Assembly: GCA_965205925.1 (NCBI GenBank)
Contig: OZ242183.1
Coordinates: 1,148,641 to 1,212,640, forward strand
Source: Candidatus Poriferisodalaceae bacterium
GTDB lineage: Bacteria > Actinomycetota > Acidimicrobiia > Acidimicrobiales > Poriferisodalaceae
Direction of reading: 5' to 3'
Length of the DNA: 64,000 bases
Numbering within the stretch: the first letter of the stretch is position 1; the number at the start of each line of letters is the position of its first letter. The notes under the pieces were generated by a model that saw nothing but the letters and a program-made list of their open reading frames with translations, did no database searches and was not told where the DNA came from. Made by a program: the position numbers and the translations under genes. Below, in pieces: positions 36,038-45,820 of this stretch.

Positions 36038-36493
36038 CTAACGCACACAGGTTGCCTGACCTTTTAAGCCGCTGCGGAATGGATCTACTATCTCGCTGTG
36101 TTGTGAGCGCACCACTATCGGCGAAGGGTTTGACCGCAATGGCAAACGTAAGGCGGGGATTTTTTGTGTGGCAGCAAAGGTCACGCGCTGGCAGCGCTGC
36201 AAGCTCAGCACGCCTATAGGTGTTATCGAGCTTTCACCCGGCAAGCTGTGCGCGGTGATGGCGGTTTCACCTGCTTGCACAGCACGTTTGCTCGCATTAG
36301 AGGACGACTTACCTGATTGTTCCACGTAGGTGCGAGTTGCCTGGCGTGCACCCGAAGTGGTGGCCATTTTTGCGTCTAGCACCGCCCATGACTGAGCAAA
36401 CATCAGTGAACCCACCATGAACACGAGCACCAGAAAGGGCAGCACCTCAAACCCGACTACGCCAAGTTCGTCGGCTACTAGTTCGTCTTGCAC
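36038..36493 (-). CDS. TadE-like protein
   Basis: N-terminal FEVLPFLVLVFMVGSLMFAQ segment typical of the TadE N-terminus. The GTG start overlaps the upstream stop by 1 nt. Confidence 0.55.
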   Translation of the reverse strand: MQDELVADELGVVGFEVLPFLVLVFMVGSLMFAQSWAVLDAKMATTSGARQATRTYVEQSGKSSSNASKRAVQAGETAITAHSLPGESSITPIGVLSLQRCQRVTFAATQKIPALRLPLRSNPSPIVVRSQHSEIVDPFRSGLKGQATCVR

Positions 36494-36918
36494 TAGCCAG
36501 GCTCACTGGGTCTGGTGCTGCGCCCGATCACCTGTTCGGTGCGAACCTCGAACTGACGCTTGATGCGACGATTGCCTATGGAGCTGTTGGAGTCGATCAA
36601 CAAGTTGGGTGGTTGCACGTCCACATTTAGGCGCACCACACCTCCATGCGTTTGCCAGGTGATGTCGTTGACCTCTAACGAAGAGCCCAGCCGGGCGCGC
36701 AGCCATGTCTCCGCTTCACTGGTCGCCGTACGAGTTCCGCCGCTTGATGCGGCGCGTCTTGCTGCGTCATATCCCAGTGCGCTAACGGTTGACGTGGAAT
36801 AAAGATTCACGCCAATCTGGACTGCCAAAAACATGAACATAAAAAACGCCAAGACGCTCCATGTTGAAGCCAGTAGCCCTGTTCCTGTTTCGTCGCGCTG
36901 TCTAAGCGGTTTACTCAC
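36493..36918 (-). CDS. TadE-like protein
   Basis: RDETGTGLLASTWSVLAFFMFMFLAVQIG (TadE-like N-terminus). Start set at GTG 36918, which overlaps the pilin stop (GTGA). Confidence 0.55.
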   Translation of the reverse strand: MSKPLRQRDETGTGLLASTWSVLAFFMFMFLAVQIGVNLYSTSTVSALGYDAARRAASSGGTRTATSEAETWLRARLGSSLEVNDITWQTHGGVVRLNVDVQPPNLLIDSNSSIGNRRIKRQFEVRTEQVIGRSTRPSEPG

Positions 36919-37172
36919 TGTCCGATCTTTGCGATCTCTGAGTTGGTGGTGGCTTCCGCGTTTTCCCAAAGTGATTTGAAGCCCACCCACATCAAAGCGC
37001 CCAACGAGGCAATGATCAAAACCGCTATGGCGGCCGAGATGACTCCTTCACCATGCTGATCAAGCTTCACAAGTTTGGGTTTCTTTACTCGAGCACCCGT
37101 GGCTACCAGCGCCACTGTGATTAAAGCGAATGCGCTTGCAAACGCTCCTACGATTAGCAAAATCAGATTCAT
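36915..37172 (-). CDS. Putative Flp-type pilin (atypical) / small membrane protein
   Basis: It sits in the pilin position between tadC and the tadE-like genes, behind a strong purine-rich Shine-Dalgarno sequence. ..KLDQHGEG|VISAAIAVLIIASLGALMW.. resembles an Flp leader plus hydrophobic core but lacks the usual E/Y. An internal GTG would give a 51-aa form. Confidence 0.45.
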   Translation of the reverse strand: MNLILLIVGAFASAFALITVALVATGARVKKPKLVKLDQHGEGVISAAIAVLIIASLGALMWVGFKSLWENAEATTNSEIAKIGQ

Positions 37173-37258
37173 TTCACACTTCTTTCTCTTGTCTGAAATT
37201 TTCGAGAGAAGCGATTAAGAGAAGTGATTGGTAGCGAAGAGAGAAAAATGAAGGTGCA

Positions 37259-38200
37259 TTAGAGAGCACCGAACTCCTTCAAGGTGTCTGTAAACGGGAT
37301 CGCTAAAAAAATCATCCCTGGCACCAAAGTGGCGACAGTCACTGGTATCCACACTTGCTCGTTTCGTCGCTCGATTCGTTCAACCAAACGCCGTTGCGAT
37401 TCGCGCCGAATTGATCGTGCTTCGGCTGAAATCAATGCTCCTAAGTCGGCCGTCTGCTGGTGCAACAGCAAGATTGCGACCAAGCGATGCACGACAGTTG
37501 ATTCCATCGCATTAGCCCACTCGCTCAAAGCGCGTTCCGAACCAGTGCCTTGAGAGATGCGCGCACACACTCGACGCAGGTCGCGCGCACAAGCACCATT
37601 GCTGCGGGTTGCGGCACGCTGTAAGGCGCCTGTCAACGACATTCCGGCTGAGAAAAACATCCCTAGCTGTTCGGCTACTACTGGCAGCTCTTCAAACACG
37701 CGCTGCTGGTGTTGAGCCGATGTTTTCTGCAACCGCTGCTCAATCACCAGAAATACAAGCAACGGCATGCCCAATCCAACTGGCAATGCGATTGCGATAG
37801 ATGGAGCCAAGATGAGAAGCACAATGCCAGCAAGCACAGCTGTCAGCATCACAAGACCAAGCTGACGCGTTCGGAACTGGGTCGATGTCAGTGGGGAGCT
37901 GATTCGCTCTAGCCGGATTGTCAGGTCTTCCCCGATTCCAAAGGTGCGTGACAAGCGTGCACCCAGATCGGTAGCCATCGGGCCCAGGACACCTCGAAAT
38001 GATCTACTGATGTCCCCGTGCTGGTGTGAGGCACTTGCTGTGGGGGTGCCACCAAATAACGAGCCGCTTGTCCTGGTGCGCGGTAAGAACGGTGCTAATC
38101 GTTCTTCTAACGGAAGTTGGCGAAACCAACGTAGTTCCGATAGCACGAAAGTGACGCCAACCAGCATTCCGAGTAAGCCAAGTGCGGTGATGCGCGTCAT
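37259..38200 (-). CDS. tadC: Tad pilus inner-membrane platform protein (TadC-like, T2SS-F family)
   Basis: Polytopic with a T2SS-F-like cytoplasmic domain, and its operon position fits. Confidence 0.65.
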   Translation of the reverse strand: MTRITALGLLGMLVGVTFVLSELRWFRQLPLEERLAPFLPRTRTSGSLFGGTPTASASHQHGDISRSFRGVLGPMATDLGARLSRTFGIGEDLTIRLERISSPLTSTQFRTRQLGLVMLTAVLAGIVLLILAPSIAIALPVGLGMPLLVFLVIEQRLQKTSAQHQQRVFEELPVVAEQLGMFFSAGMSLTGALQRAATRSNGACARDLRRVCARISQGTGSERALSEWANAMESTVVHRLVAILLLHQQTADLGALISAEARSIRRESQRRLVERIERRNEQVWIPVTVATLVPGMIFLAIPFTDTLKEFGAL

Positions 38201-39129
38201 TGACTGAACACGCGCCGCTCGGTCGGCAAGGCCATGATGCTGCTAGCCCAGTACCAGCAAGAAATCACGACTAACACACCGATGGCTACCAAAATCTGCC
38301 CGGTGGTGGTTTGATAAGACGCTCGGCCGCGACCAATGCCTAAGCCCATAAGAGCCATACCAACTGGCACTGCCAATACAAACACGCGCGCGAAGCGTGC
38401 TCCGGCTTGCTTGGATCTTGCATCCTTGCGAGCAGTGAGATCTGCAACTCGGTCGTTGGACAAATCTCTCAGCCGACTTTCAAGGTCAACGCCACCAACT
38501 GCATAAGCACCTAGCAAGGTTTCTGCGATGGTGTCGCCGGTGGGATGTGCGAGAGCGTTTTTAAGCACGCTGATAGCGCGTTCAAAGTCGGTTGTTAGCT
38601 GCCACTCACGCTCAGCGGCTTCAAATCCAAAACGCAGAGATGCGGGTGCTCTAGCACCGGCGGTAAACAATGCAGCCGGAATGGATTTACCGGAGTTGGT
38701 TACTAGCAGCCTGATTTCTTCGATGATGCGCGGCCATGCCTCTTGAGCCTCTTGCAGTCGTTTGTGGCGCCGTTTACGGTAAAGCGCAACAGGGGTTCCG
38801 GAAACACCCAACGCTGTAAGCAGAGCGGGCAACACTCCACCAAACAATGCCAACGTGCCAAGAAAAGCACCAAGACAGAGCGTGGAGCATGCCAACGCAA
38901 AATCTCGCAAACGTGCGCCAGCTAAACCGGCTTCGTTTAACCAGCGCTCGGCACGGGCTTGAGGGTTCTGTGTCCCAGCGGAGCTTTGTTCTGTTTTGTC
39001 TGAATGCGTAATGACGCGCTCACCCAGACTCATGCCGAGGCGTCTTACTCGTTTTGAACCAAGCAACAGAGCAATGCCTGCAAGACCGAGTACTAGTGCA
39101 GACACAACACCTAGCAACGTCGTGGTCAT
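38197..39129 (-). CDS. tadB: Tad pilus inner-membrane platform protein (TadB-like, T2SS-F family)
   Basis: Polytopic T2SS-F-like protein with overlapping start and stop codons with both neighbours. Confidence 0.65.
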   Translation of the reverse strand: MTTTLLGVVSALVLGLAGIALLLGSKRVRRLGMSLGERVITHSDKTEQSSAGTQNPQARAERWLNEAGLAGARLRDFALACSTLCLGAFLGTLALFGGVLPALLTALGVSGTPVALYRKRRHKRLQEAQEAWPRIIEEIRLLVTNSGKSIPAALFTAGARAPASLRFGFEAAEREWQLTTDFERAISVLKNALAHPTGDTIAETLLGAYAVGGVDLESRLRDLSNDRVADLTARKDARSKQAGARFARVFVLAVPVGMALMGLGIGRGRASYQTTTGQILVAIGVLVVISCWYWASSIMALPTERRVFSQ

Positions 39130-40490
39130 GAATCTGAGCCGCTGAGTAGCTCTGCCAGGTCATAACCCGCGGCCGCCATCTTGGTGCAGACACGTGTAGG
39201 TAGTTGTCCCGTCCACACCGATTGGATTCCAGATGCTGTAGTTGCGGTGTCGAAAAGGTCTGTGGCAGTGAATTGCACGCTGTCAATACCGCCTGCAGGT
39301 TCTTCCACGGCCAGTATCGCGCCTACCGAAACACCGGTTTCGTTGCGTTGTAGATGCACTACTAAATCGATGGATTCGGATACCAAATGGTTCAATGCGC
39401 TAAGCGGAACTTCGCTGGCGGTGTCGGCAAGTTGACACATGAAGCGCAGTCGTGTGAGTGCCTGACGTGTCGATCCAGCGTGAATGGTGGCGTATCCGGT
39501 GACACCGCTAGACAGCGTGAGCAACAGAGGCACGGCTTCTCGGTCACGCACCTCACCCACGATCGCTACGTCGGGAGCCATGCGCAAAAATCCCGACACC
39601 AGCTTTCGCAGATCTACTGCGGGGCGTTCAGCGCGCGCAGCTCGGGTTTGCATCCCGGCCACATTCGGCAATGGAATGTCCACCTCAAACACCTCTTCGG
39701 CGGTAACAACTCGCAACGAGTGGTCAAGTTCGGCAGCACAGCAAGACAGCAACGTGGTCTTGCCGGTGCCAGGTGAACCAGCAATCAACAGCGACAACTG
39801 CGAGCGCACAGCGGCCCGCAAAAATGTTGCGATCTTTGAGGAGATGGTGCCTACTTCGGCCAGTTCGTCTAGCGATCTGTATGCAACACCGGTGAATTTG
39901 CGGACGTTGAACATCAGGTGTCCGCCACGGCTGATGTCCTCGTGCACGATGTGCAGACGTGCTCCGTTGTCAAGCTGAGCGTCTTGAAGCCCTTCGCCCG
40001 GATTCAGAGTGCGGTGCGCATCCGATGCGTCATCTAAGATTTTAGTGAGCGTGCGACGAACATGATCATCATCGTGAAAGACATCATGGTGATAACCGCT
40101 TGGTCCGCGATGGCGCTTGACGAAAATCTCTGCCGGAGCATTCACCATGATTTCCCAAACGTCTTCGTCGTCCAGCAGTATTTCGAGCGGTCCGTAACCA
40201 AGCAAGTTTCGACGGATCCGTTCAACAACTAGAGCGGTATCGGTTAACTCAAACTCACGCCGACCTCTTTTGAACTCGAGATTCCAGCGTCGCACTTCTT
40301 CGACTACTAGTTCGGTTAGGTGTGCGTCTGCTTGTGCCAGAGAGGGATCGAGTGCTAGCTGTTTGGCTCGCTCGTGAACGTCGGCCTCTATCTGCATCAA
40401 TGGTGAAACTTGGGCAGATACAGTCGGATCAGCCACAGTCGATTGAAGCACAGCTGTTGCAGGCGCCGAAACAGCTGTTGCGCCGGTCAT
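39126..40490 (-). CDS. tadA: Tad pilus secretion ATPase (TadA/CpaF)
   Basis: Walker A GSPGTGKTTLL, Asp box and Walker B (VIVGEVRD), and a His box (ATIHAGS). Confidence 0.9.
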   Translation of the reverse strand: MTGATAVSAPATAVLQSTVADPTVSAQVSPLMQIEADVHERAKQLALDPSLAQADAHLTELVVEEVRRWNLEFKRGRREFELTDTALVVERIRRNLLGYGPLEILLDDEDVWEIMVNAPAEIFVKRHRGPSGYHHDVFHDDDHVRRTLTKILDDASDAHRTLNPGEGLQDAQLDNGARLHIVHEDISRGGHLMFNVRKFTGVAYRSLDELAEVGTISSKIATFLRAAVRSQLSLLIAGSPGTGKTTLLSCCAAELDHSLRVVTAEEVFEVDIPLPNVAGMQTRAARAERPAVDLRKLVSGFLRMAPDVAIVGEVRDREAVPLLLTLSSGVTGYATIHAGSTRQALTRLRFMCQLADTASEVPLSALNHLVSESIDLVVHLQRNETGVSVGAILAVEEPAGGIDSVQFTATDLFDTATTASGIQSVWTGQLPTRVCTKMAAAGYDLAELLSGSDS

Positions 40491-41869
40491 GCCGTTTGCC
40501 TTAGATCCATGCTGCTTAGATCCATGCTGTGCGAGGTAATTTCGAGTGTTCCGAGCAAATCATCAACGGCTGCCAGCGCAGGAGTAACTAGCTGGTTTGG
40601 TAGTCGAGTGCCGTTGCGATGAGCGTCATCAACATGGCGTAAATAGGGACTATGACTGGCTTGACCAAGGTGATTGTTGTGAGATAACAGGCGCGACACC
40701 GAACGGTGGTGCTGACGCGCATTACTACGAGAGCGCAGGTGAGTGATGAGTGGTTGAACTCGGTGAGGGGCAACTCCGAGGGAGTGCAGATCGTCGATTA
40801 TCTGCAACATTGACCGGGCACCGACCAGCGACGCCGTCCCGATCACCAGCACAGCGTCAGCGATTTGGACCACATGTCGGGTAGCCAGGTTGCGTGCTTC
40901 AATATCAGCGCTTCCGGTTTCTGACTTCCCCTCGAGGTCGTCGTCTAGGTCGGCGATGACTATGCGGTAATCGCGGCGCATGGCGGTTATCGCTTCTTGA
41001 AACGGCTTAGAACGCAGGCTGGCCCAATCGCGTCGACGACGCATACCTAACAGCAGGTCGTAGCCGCGTTCGGCTACCTCATAGGTCAGGTGGTGAATGC
41101 CTGAAGTTGTGTCTTCGCTTATTAGCTCTTGGATACCGGGCACAACATCGGGTGAGTCGTGCAACAAGGCTTGATCGCCATAGCGCGAAAGATCGGCCAG
41201 TAACACCGCCCCAGCTCCGAGTCGGTCGCCAAGACCTTGCGCGAGTGCTATGGCTGTGGTTGAGGTGCCGCTACCAGGACGACCCAACACGGCGACAAGA
41301 TGACCGCTTTCACCGTCCATGTGATTGTGCACTGTGTTTGTAGGAGGAGGGTTTATAGGAGGAGATCCCTGAGTGGTGTTGTTGGTGCGCTTGAAGGTTT
41401 GCTGACTGTTTGCCTGTGTCTTTGTCTGAGTACCTCGGCGCAACACTGGTGTTTGTAGAGCTTCGGCTAATTCTCGGTGATCAAAATCCGGTGATAGGTA
41501 AATCACGTTGGCATCTCCAGCAACTTCTCCATTGCCAGTAGTTGGCCCAATCGCTATTAGCACCGCTTGGACAGCTATTGCGGCACGTGTTAACTCAATG
41601 TGGAACTGCAAAAAGGAAGCGTCAACAATCAACGCAACAGGTGTGCGGGGTTCTTCTTGTGCGTTGGCGGTTGCAGTCGCCGTTAGTCGATCTATTACTT
41701 CTTCGAACGATACGCATTTGATGAAATCCAGCCGAATTGCGCCGGATACCGACCACTCAGTAACTCGCCTGAGCCAAGCCGCACGCGGAGAGCCAAACCC
41801 CAGTGCCATCCATCGGTCACCACTCAGCATCCCGGTCTCAAAGTGCGTGCTGTTGAGTGGTGCCGCCAT
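40487..41869 (-). CDS. TadZ/CpaE/Ssd-like ParA-MinD family ATPase with N-terminal receiver-like domain
   Basis: Deviant Walker A VAVLGRPGSGTSTTAIALA in the C-terminal half, a pseudo-receiver-like N-terminal half, and position upstream of tadA. Confidence 0.7.
   Translation of the reverse strand: MAAPLNSTHFETGMLSGDRWMALGFGSPRAAWLRRVTEWSVSGAIRLDFIKCVSFEEVIDRLTATATANAQEEPRTPVALIVDASFLQFHIELTRAAIAVQAVLIAIGPTTGNGEVAGDANVIYLSPDFDHRELAEALQTPVLRRGTQTKTQANSQQTFKRTNNTTQGSPPINPPPTNTVHNHMDGESGHLVAVLGRPGSGTSTTAIALAQGLGDRLGAGAVLLADLSRYGDQALLHDSPDVVPGIQELISEDTTSGIHHLTYEVAERGYDLLLGMRRRRDWASLRSKPFQEAITAMRRDYRIVIADLDDDLEGKSETGSADIEARNLATRHVVQIADAVLVIGTASLVGARSMLQIIDDLHSLGVAPHRVQPLITHLRSRSNARQHHRSVSRLLSHNNHLGQASHSPYLRHVDDAHRNGTRLPNQLVTPALAAVDDLLGTLEITSHSMDLSSMDLRQTA
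40500..40529. repeat. Perfect 15-nt tandem duplication at the 3' end of the tadZ-like gene
   Basis: CTTAGATCCATGCTG occurs twice and encodes ..SMDLSSMDL.. on the minus strand. Confidence 0.9.
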
Positions 41870-42722
41870 CCGTGCTGCTTTCTGTGCTTGTTATGTCCTC
41901 AATTCGCACTAATGGAGCTCTTACCAATGTCACCACGCCCTGGTCAGCGGCTGCGACGATCTCTAGAACGGCCTTATCGGATGCCAAAGCCAGAGTTACA
42001 GCAACGGTGCCAAAGCCCAAGCCACCTTCACCTATCTCCGCCAACGACAACACCTGAGCGTCGGTTGTAATACGTCTGGTTGCAGCGCTCGCGCCGGTGC
42101 CGTTGGTTGCGATGATGTCAACTAGTTCGCCTGGTTGCAGCAGACCGTTTAGTGCTCTTGCAAGTTCGATCTCAAATGACAATTCGTAGCGCGATGCCAC
42201 GCCAGCTACGGCAGTGCCGTTAGCACCGTCGCTGGTAAACGCAGGTCTGACATCCGAAACTGAGACCAACTCACCCGCACTAACAAAATTGATGGCGATC
42301 GATCCCAACACCTCAACGTCATCGGATGAGTCGAATACTTGGGTGACTACACCGGTAGGCAGATCGATCGCCTGCAGGCCGACATGATCAGAGGTAATGA
42401 CGGTGCCGGGGGTGATATCTGAGACAGCGACGATGTACTGCGTCGAGGGTGTTGCTGTGCTGAGCGTGTAAGACCACCAAAGCCCGGCAACGGCCAGAGT
42501 GATTAGCACGCCACCGAGCAACGCACGCATGCCGGGCCAAACACGGCGGGGACGAATTTTGCCGGCGTTTTCGTGTCCGGCTCTGCGAGCTGGGCGGCCT
42601 AGCCCGGTCCATGTTCGGTTCGTGTCAGACAGCCTCGACCGAGCTTGTCCTAAGCGCCTACCCTGCTCCGATTGAGCAGCTGACGCCTGGTACCGATGGT
42701 CTTTTAGAACCTCTGCATCCAC
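41838..42722 (-). CDS. CpaB/RcpC-like Flp pilus assembly protein (SAF domain)
   Basis: A TM anchor (LLGGVLITLAVAGLWW) followed by a SAF-like segment (YIVAVSDITPGTVITSDHV). The start is uncertain; I chose GTG 42722, and the ORF extends to 42758. Confidence 0.6.
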   Translation of the reverse strand: MDAEVLKDHRYQASAAQSEQGRRLGQARSRLSDTNRTWTGLGRPARRAGHENAGKIRPRRVWPGMRALLGGVLITLAVAGLWWSYTLSTATPSTQYIVAVSDITPGTVITSDHVGLQAIDLPTGVVTQVFDSSDDVEVLGSIAINFVSAGELVSVSDVRPAFTSDGANGTAVAGVASRYELSFEIELARALNGLLQPGELVDIIATNGTGASAATRRITTDAQVLSLAEIGEGGLGFGTVAVTLALASDKAVLEIVAAADQGVVTLVRAPLVRIEDITSTESSTDGGTTQQHAL

Positions 42723-42779
42723 GTTGGTGATCCTTAGGCAGAAGCTAAAAATAATCAAGCGGAATTAACTGGAGGATGC

Positions 42780-43466
42780 TTGAGCGAATCACTGTGGACT
42801 GCTATATCGCCCAGCTACTTGTTCTCACCTGACTGGCGCAAAGCTCATGACCAACGTCGAGTAGTGCCCGCGATAGCGGTACTGCTGGGGATCGGGTTGG
42901 CAGGCGCGTTCGCAGTCAGCTTGTTAGGTCCGATTGCAAACAGGGCGGGTTTTGAAAGCACTCTGACTGATGATCTAGATGATCTCAGCTTGGCGCTGCA
43001 AGCACTGACAGTGGTGCTGCTAGCGCCTGTGGTTGAAGAGTTTTTGTATCGCCTAGTGCTTAGTGCACGCCTGCATTTAGGGCTGCTTACTTTGGCTAGC
43101 GCACTGGTTGCTTTGCTGTATACGCCGTTTTTGCTAGTGGTCGTTGTGCCGTTTGTGATTCTCTGGGGGACGCAACTGTCGTCTGCACCGAGCCTGGGTG
43201 ACAGGTTTGTGGGCTGGTGGGAGCGGCATCCGCGCGTTCCGGTGTATGTATCCGTAGCTACTTTTGCTGGAGCTCACCTGTCGAACTTCGATGTGAGTTG
43301 GTCGCCGGTGGCGGTTGTGGTGATTCCTGTGGCGGTTGCGCCGCAACTTTGGCTTGGGCTGACATTCACCATTGCCAGGGTTCGTTACGGCTGGCTAAGC
43401 GCGGTGGCCTTGCACGCCGTTCATAACTTGATTATTTGGACGATCGCTTCAGCTCTACCAGAATAA
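42780..43466 (+). CDS. CPBP-family intramembrane protease (CAAX/Abi)
   Basis: VVEEFLYRL (EExxxR motif 1), FAGAHL, and the HAVHNLI His motif. Polytopic. Confidence 0.7.
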   Translation: MSESLWTAISPSYLFSPDWRKAHDQRRVVPAIAVLLGIGLAGAFAVSLLGPIANRAGFESTLTDDLDDLSLALQALTVVLLAPVVEEFLYRLVLSARLHLGLLTLASALVALLYTPFLLVVVVPFVILWGTQLSSAPSLGDRFVGWWERHPRVPVYVSVATFAGAHLSNFDVSWSPVAVVVIPVAVAPQLWLGLTFTIARVRYGWLSAVALHAVHNLIIWTIASALPE

Positions 43467-43480
43467 TCTCAGAGGCTGTT

Positions 43481-45778
43481 TTAGTCGACTGGAACCTCTT
43501 CGGGCTTAAGCACATTTATTGCGTTGGCTGTTTCTAGTTCTGTTAGATCGGTGTCGACGTATATGCGAGGAGGTAAAGCTATTTCACCTTCAAGGTCAAT
43601 GCGTGGCAGCTTGCGCAACGATTTTGGGAACCACCAGTTGGTGTTGCCCATCAGATGCATCCATGCAGGAACCAGCACAACCCTCACAAAGAAGGCATCG
43701 ATGAAAATTGCGGTGGCTAAACCCAAACCCATCATCTTCAGTACCGGCTCCGGGTTGGTAACGAAACCTCCGAACACTGTGATCATGATCAAGGCTGCCG
43801 AGGTGATAACGCGAGCGGTAGTAGAGATGCCAATGATGACGCTGGTGTTGCTGTCGTTGGTGTGTAGGTATTCCTCACGCACACGGCTTAGTAAGAACAC
43901 TTCGTAGTCCATAGAGAGTCCGAACAAGACCGCAAACATCATCATCGGGACGAACGACACGATCGGCACTGGCTCGGACACTCCTATGAGCGATAGACCC
44001 CAACCCCATTGGAACACCATTACCAGCACGCCATAGGCCGCACCGATCGACAACAGGTTCAAGATGGCGGCCTTGATGGGCACCAAGATCGAGCGAAACA
44101 CGAGCAGTAGCAGGATAAAACTCAGCAAAATCACCCCGCCTATGAACCACGGAAGGCGATCTTGAACGCGTTTTCCCAGATCAGAGAAGCTGGCGGTAGC
44201 ACCGCCAATGTGCGCTGCGTCAGGGTTTGACAGTTCTTGTGCAAACACTTCGCTGCGTATTCGCGCAAGCGTGTCGATTGTTTCAGATGACTGTGGAGAG
44301 GTAGTTGGAAACGCTTGCAAAACAGCGGCTCGGCCATTAGGCGAAAATCTTGGCTCACTAACGTTCGTGATACCTGCATCGGAACGGATCGCTTCGGCCA
44401 GGCGAGAGATCTCGTTAGTGCCGCCAGAGAGTTCTTCGGTGTTTATGGCGATCAGTAACGGTCCGTTGAAACCTGCACCAAACGCTTCTGCCAACAGGTC
44501 GTATGCCTGTCGTTCAGTGTCCTGCTCTGGTTGATTACCCAGATCCGGGAAGCCCAGCTCAAGCTTCAGCACGGGTGCTGTCAACGCTAAGAGAACGATC
44601 ACTCCACCTATCAGGTACCAAACCGCTTTCCGCGAAACATGGTTGCCCCAACGCTCCCAAGCTTTGGAGATCTGTGGTGTCAGCTTTAGATCTGATCCCA
44701 ATTCCAAAGCCGTGCTAGCGGCTTGAATAGCAGCGCTCTTTGCGGTACTGCGCTGCTTACGAGAGATAACTCGATAACCAGCCCAACTCATTAGCGCGGG
44801 TAGAACGGTGATCGTCGCTAGCACCATCATCAACACGATGATCGATACTGAAACACCGGCTGCGGTCAGAAACGGCAGACCGGCTATCGCCAGACCCAAG
44901 ATCGCAATAACAACGGTGCCGCCTGCAAAAACCACTGCCAACCCTGCGGTTGCGTTGGCGCGCCCAACCGCTTCGACAACGGTCAGTCCTTCACGCAGTC
45001 CTTCGCGGTAGCGCGTAACTACAAACAGCGCATAGTCAATGCCTACGCCAAGACCGATCATTCCCGCAAGCTGAGGCGCCCAAGACGGTACATCGAGCGG
45101 TATTGCAACCAACCCCATGATGCCAACAATGCCAATTGACAGGCCAAAAATTGCGATGCCTATAGGCATTCCCATAGCAGTGAGGCTGCCAAAGGCAACC
45201 AGCAGAATGATTATCGCTGCGATTATTCCTGCGAGCTCGCCAACACCGGTTTCGGGCTCTTGAGCAGTGCTATAAATCTCACCGCCGTATTCGACGCGCA
45301 AAGCTTCTTCACCAAAGCTAGCTATGGCGGAGTCTCCCGCTTGCGTCAGCTCTTGCGCCAATGACACGGTCGGCTCTAGGGCGGGATCGAACGCCAACGC
45401 GATCAGACCGATGGTGCCGTCGTCACTGATGGTTTGCCCTGCTTGTGGAGCATTAACCGACACGACCGACTCGGTGCTACGCAGAGCTGCTACCAACGTA
45501 TTTACAGCATTGATCTGATCCGAGTCGTTAAGTGTGGTGCCAGTGGGTGATTGCACCACCACCTGCGCCGTTATGCCAGAGGCATTTGGAAACTCTTGCT
45601 CTAAGAGATCGTAGGCATCTTGGCTGTCCACTCCGGGAACTTCAAACGAATCGCTTAGCTCATTCCCGAAGATGCTGGCACTGGCAATTAGCACTACTGC
45701 AGCAAGCAACCATGCCAGCAGTGTTCGAGTTCTGTGGGTGGCGCACCAACGACCCAACCGGTAAAGAGCAAGAGTCAT
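43481..45778 (-). CDS. MMPL-family (RND superfamily) membrane transporter
   Basis: 765 aa with two 6-TM bundles and two extracytoplasmic loops, and GIDYALF/SMDYEVFL motifs. Confidence 0.85.
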   Translation of the reverse strand: MTLALYRLGRWCATHRTRTLLAWLLAAVVLIASASIFGNELSDSFEVPGVDSQDAYDLLEQEFPNASGITAQVVVQSPTGTTLNDSDQINAVNTLVAALRSTESVVSVNAPQAGQTISDDGTIGLIALAFDPALEPTVSLAQELTQAGDSAIASFGEEALRVEYGGEIYSTAQEPETGVGELAGIIAAIIILLVAFGSLTAMGMPIGIAIFGLSIGIVGIMGLVAIPLDVPSWAPQLAGMIGLGVGIDYALFVVTRYREGLREGLTVVEAVGRANATAGLAVVFAGGTVVIAILGLAIAGLPFLTAAGVSVSIIVLMMVLATITVLPALMSWAGYRVISRKQRSTAKSAAIQAASTALELGSDLKLTPQISKAWERWGNHVSRKAVWYLIGGVIVLLALTAPVLKLELGFPDLGNQPEQDTERQAYDLLAEAFGAGFNGPLLIAINTEELSGGTNEISRLAEAIRSDAGITNVSEPRFSPNGRAAVLQAFPTTSPQSSETIDTLARIRSEVFAQELSNPDAAHIGGATASFSDLGKRVQDRLPWFIGGVILLSFILLLLVFRSILVPIKAAILNLLSIGAAYGVLVMVFQWGWGLSLIGVSEPVPIVSFVPMMMFAVLFGLSMDYEVFLLSRVREEYLHTNDSNTSVIIGISTTARVITSAALIMITVFGGFVTNPEPVLKMMGLGLATAIFIDAFFVRVVLVPAWMHLMGNTNWWFPKSLRKLPRIDLEGEIALPPRIYVDTDLTELETANAINVLKPEEVPVD

Positions 45779-45820
45779 GGCACTCTAACCTACCGAGGAA
45801 TATGGCGGCCATCGCTTAAC

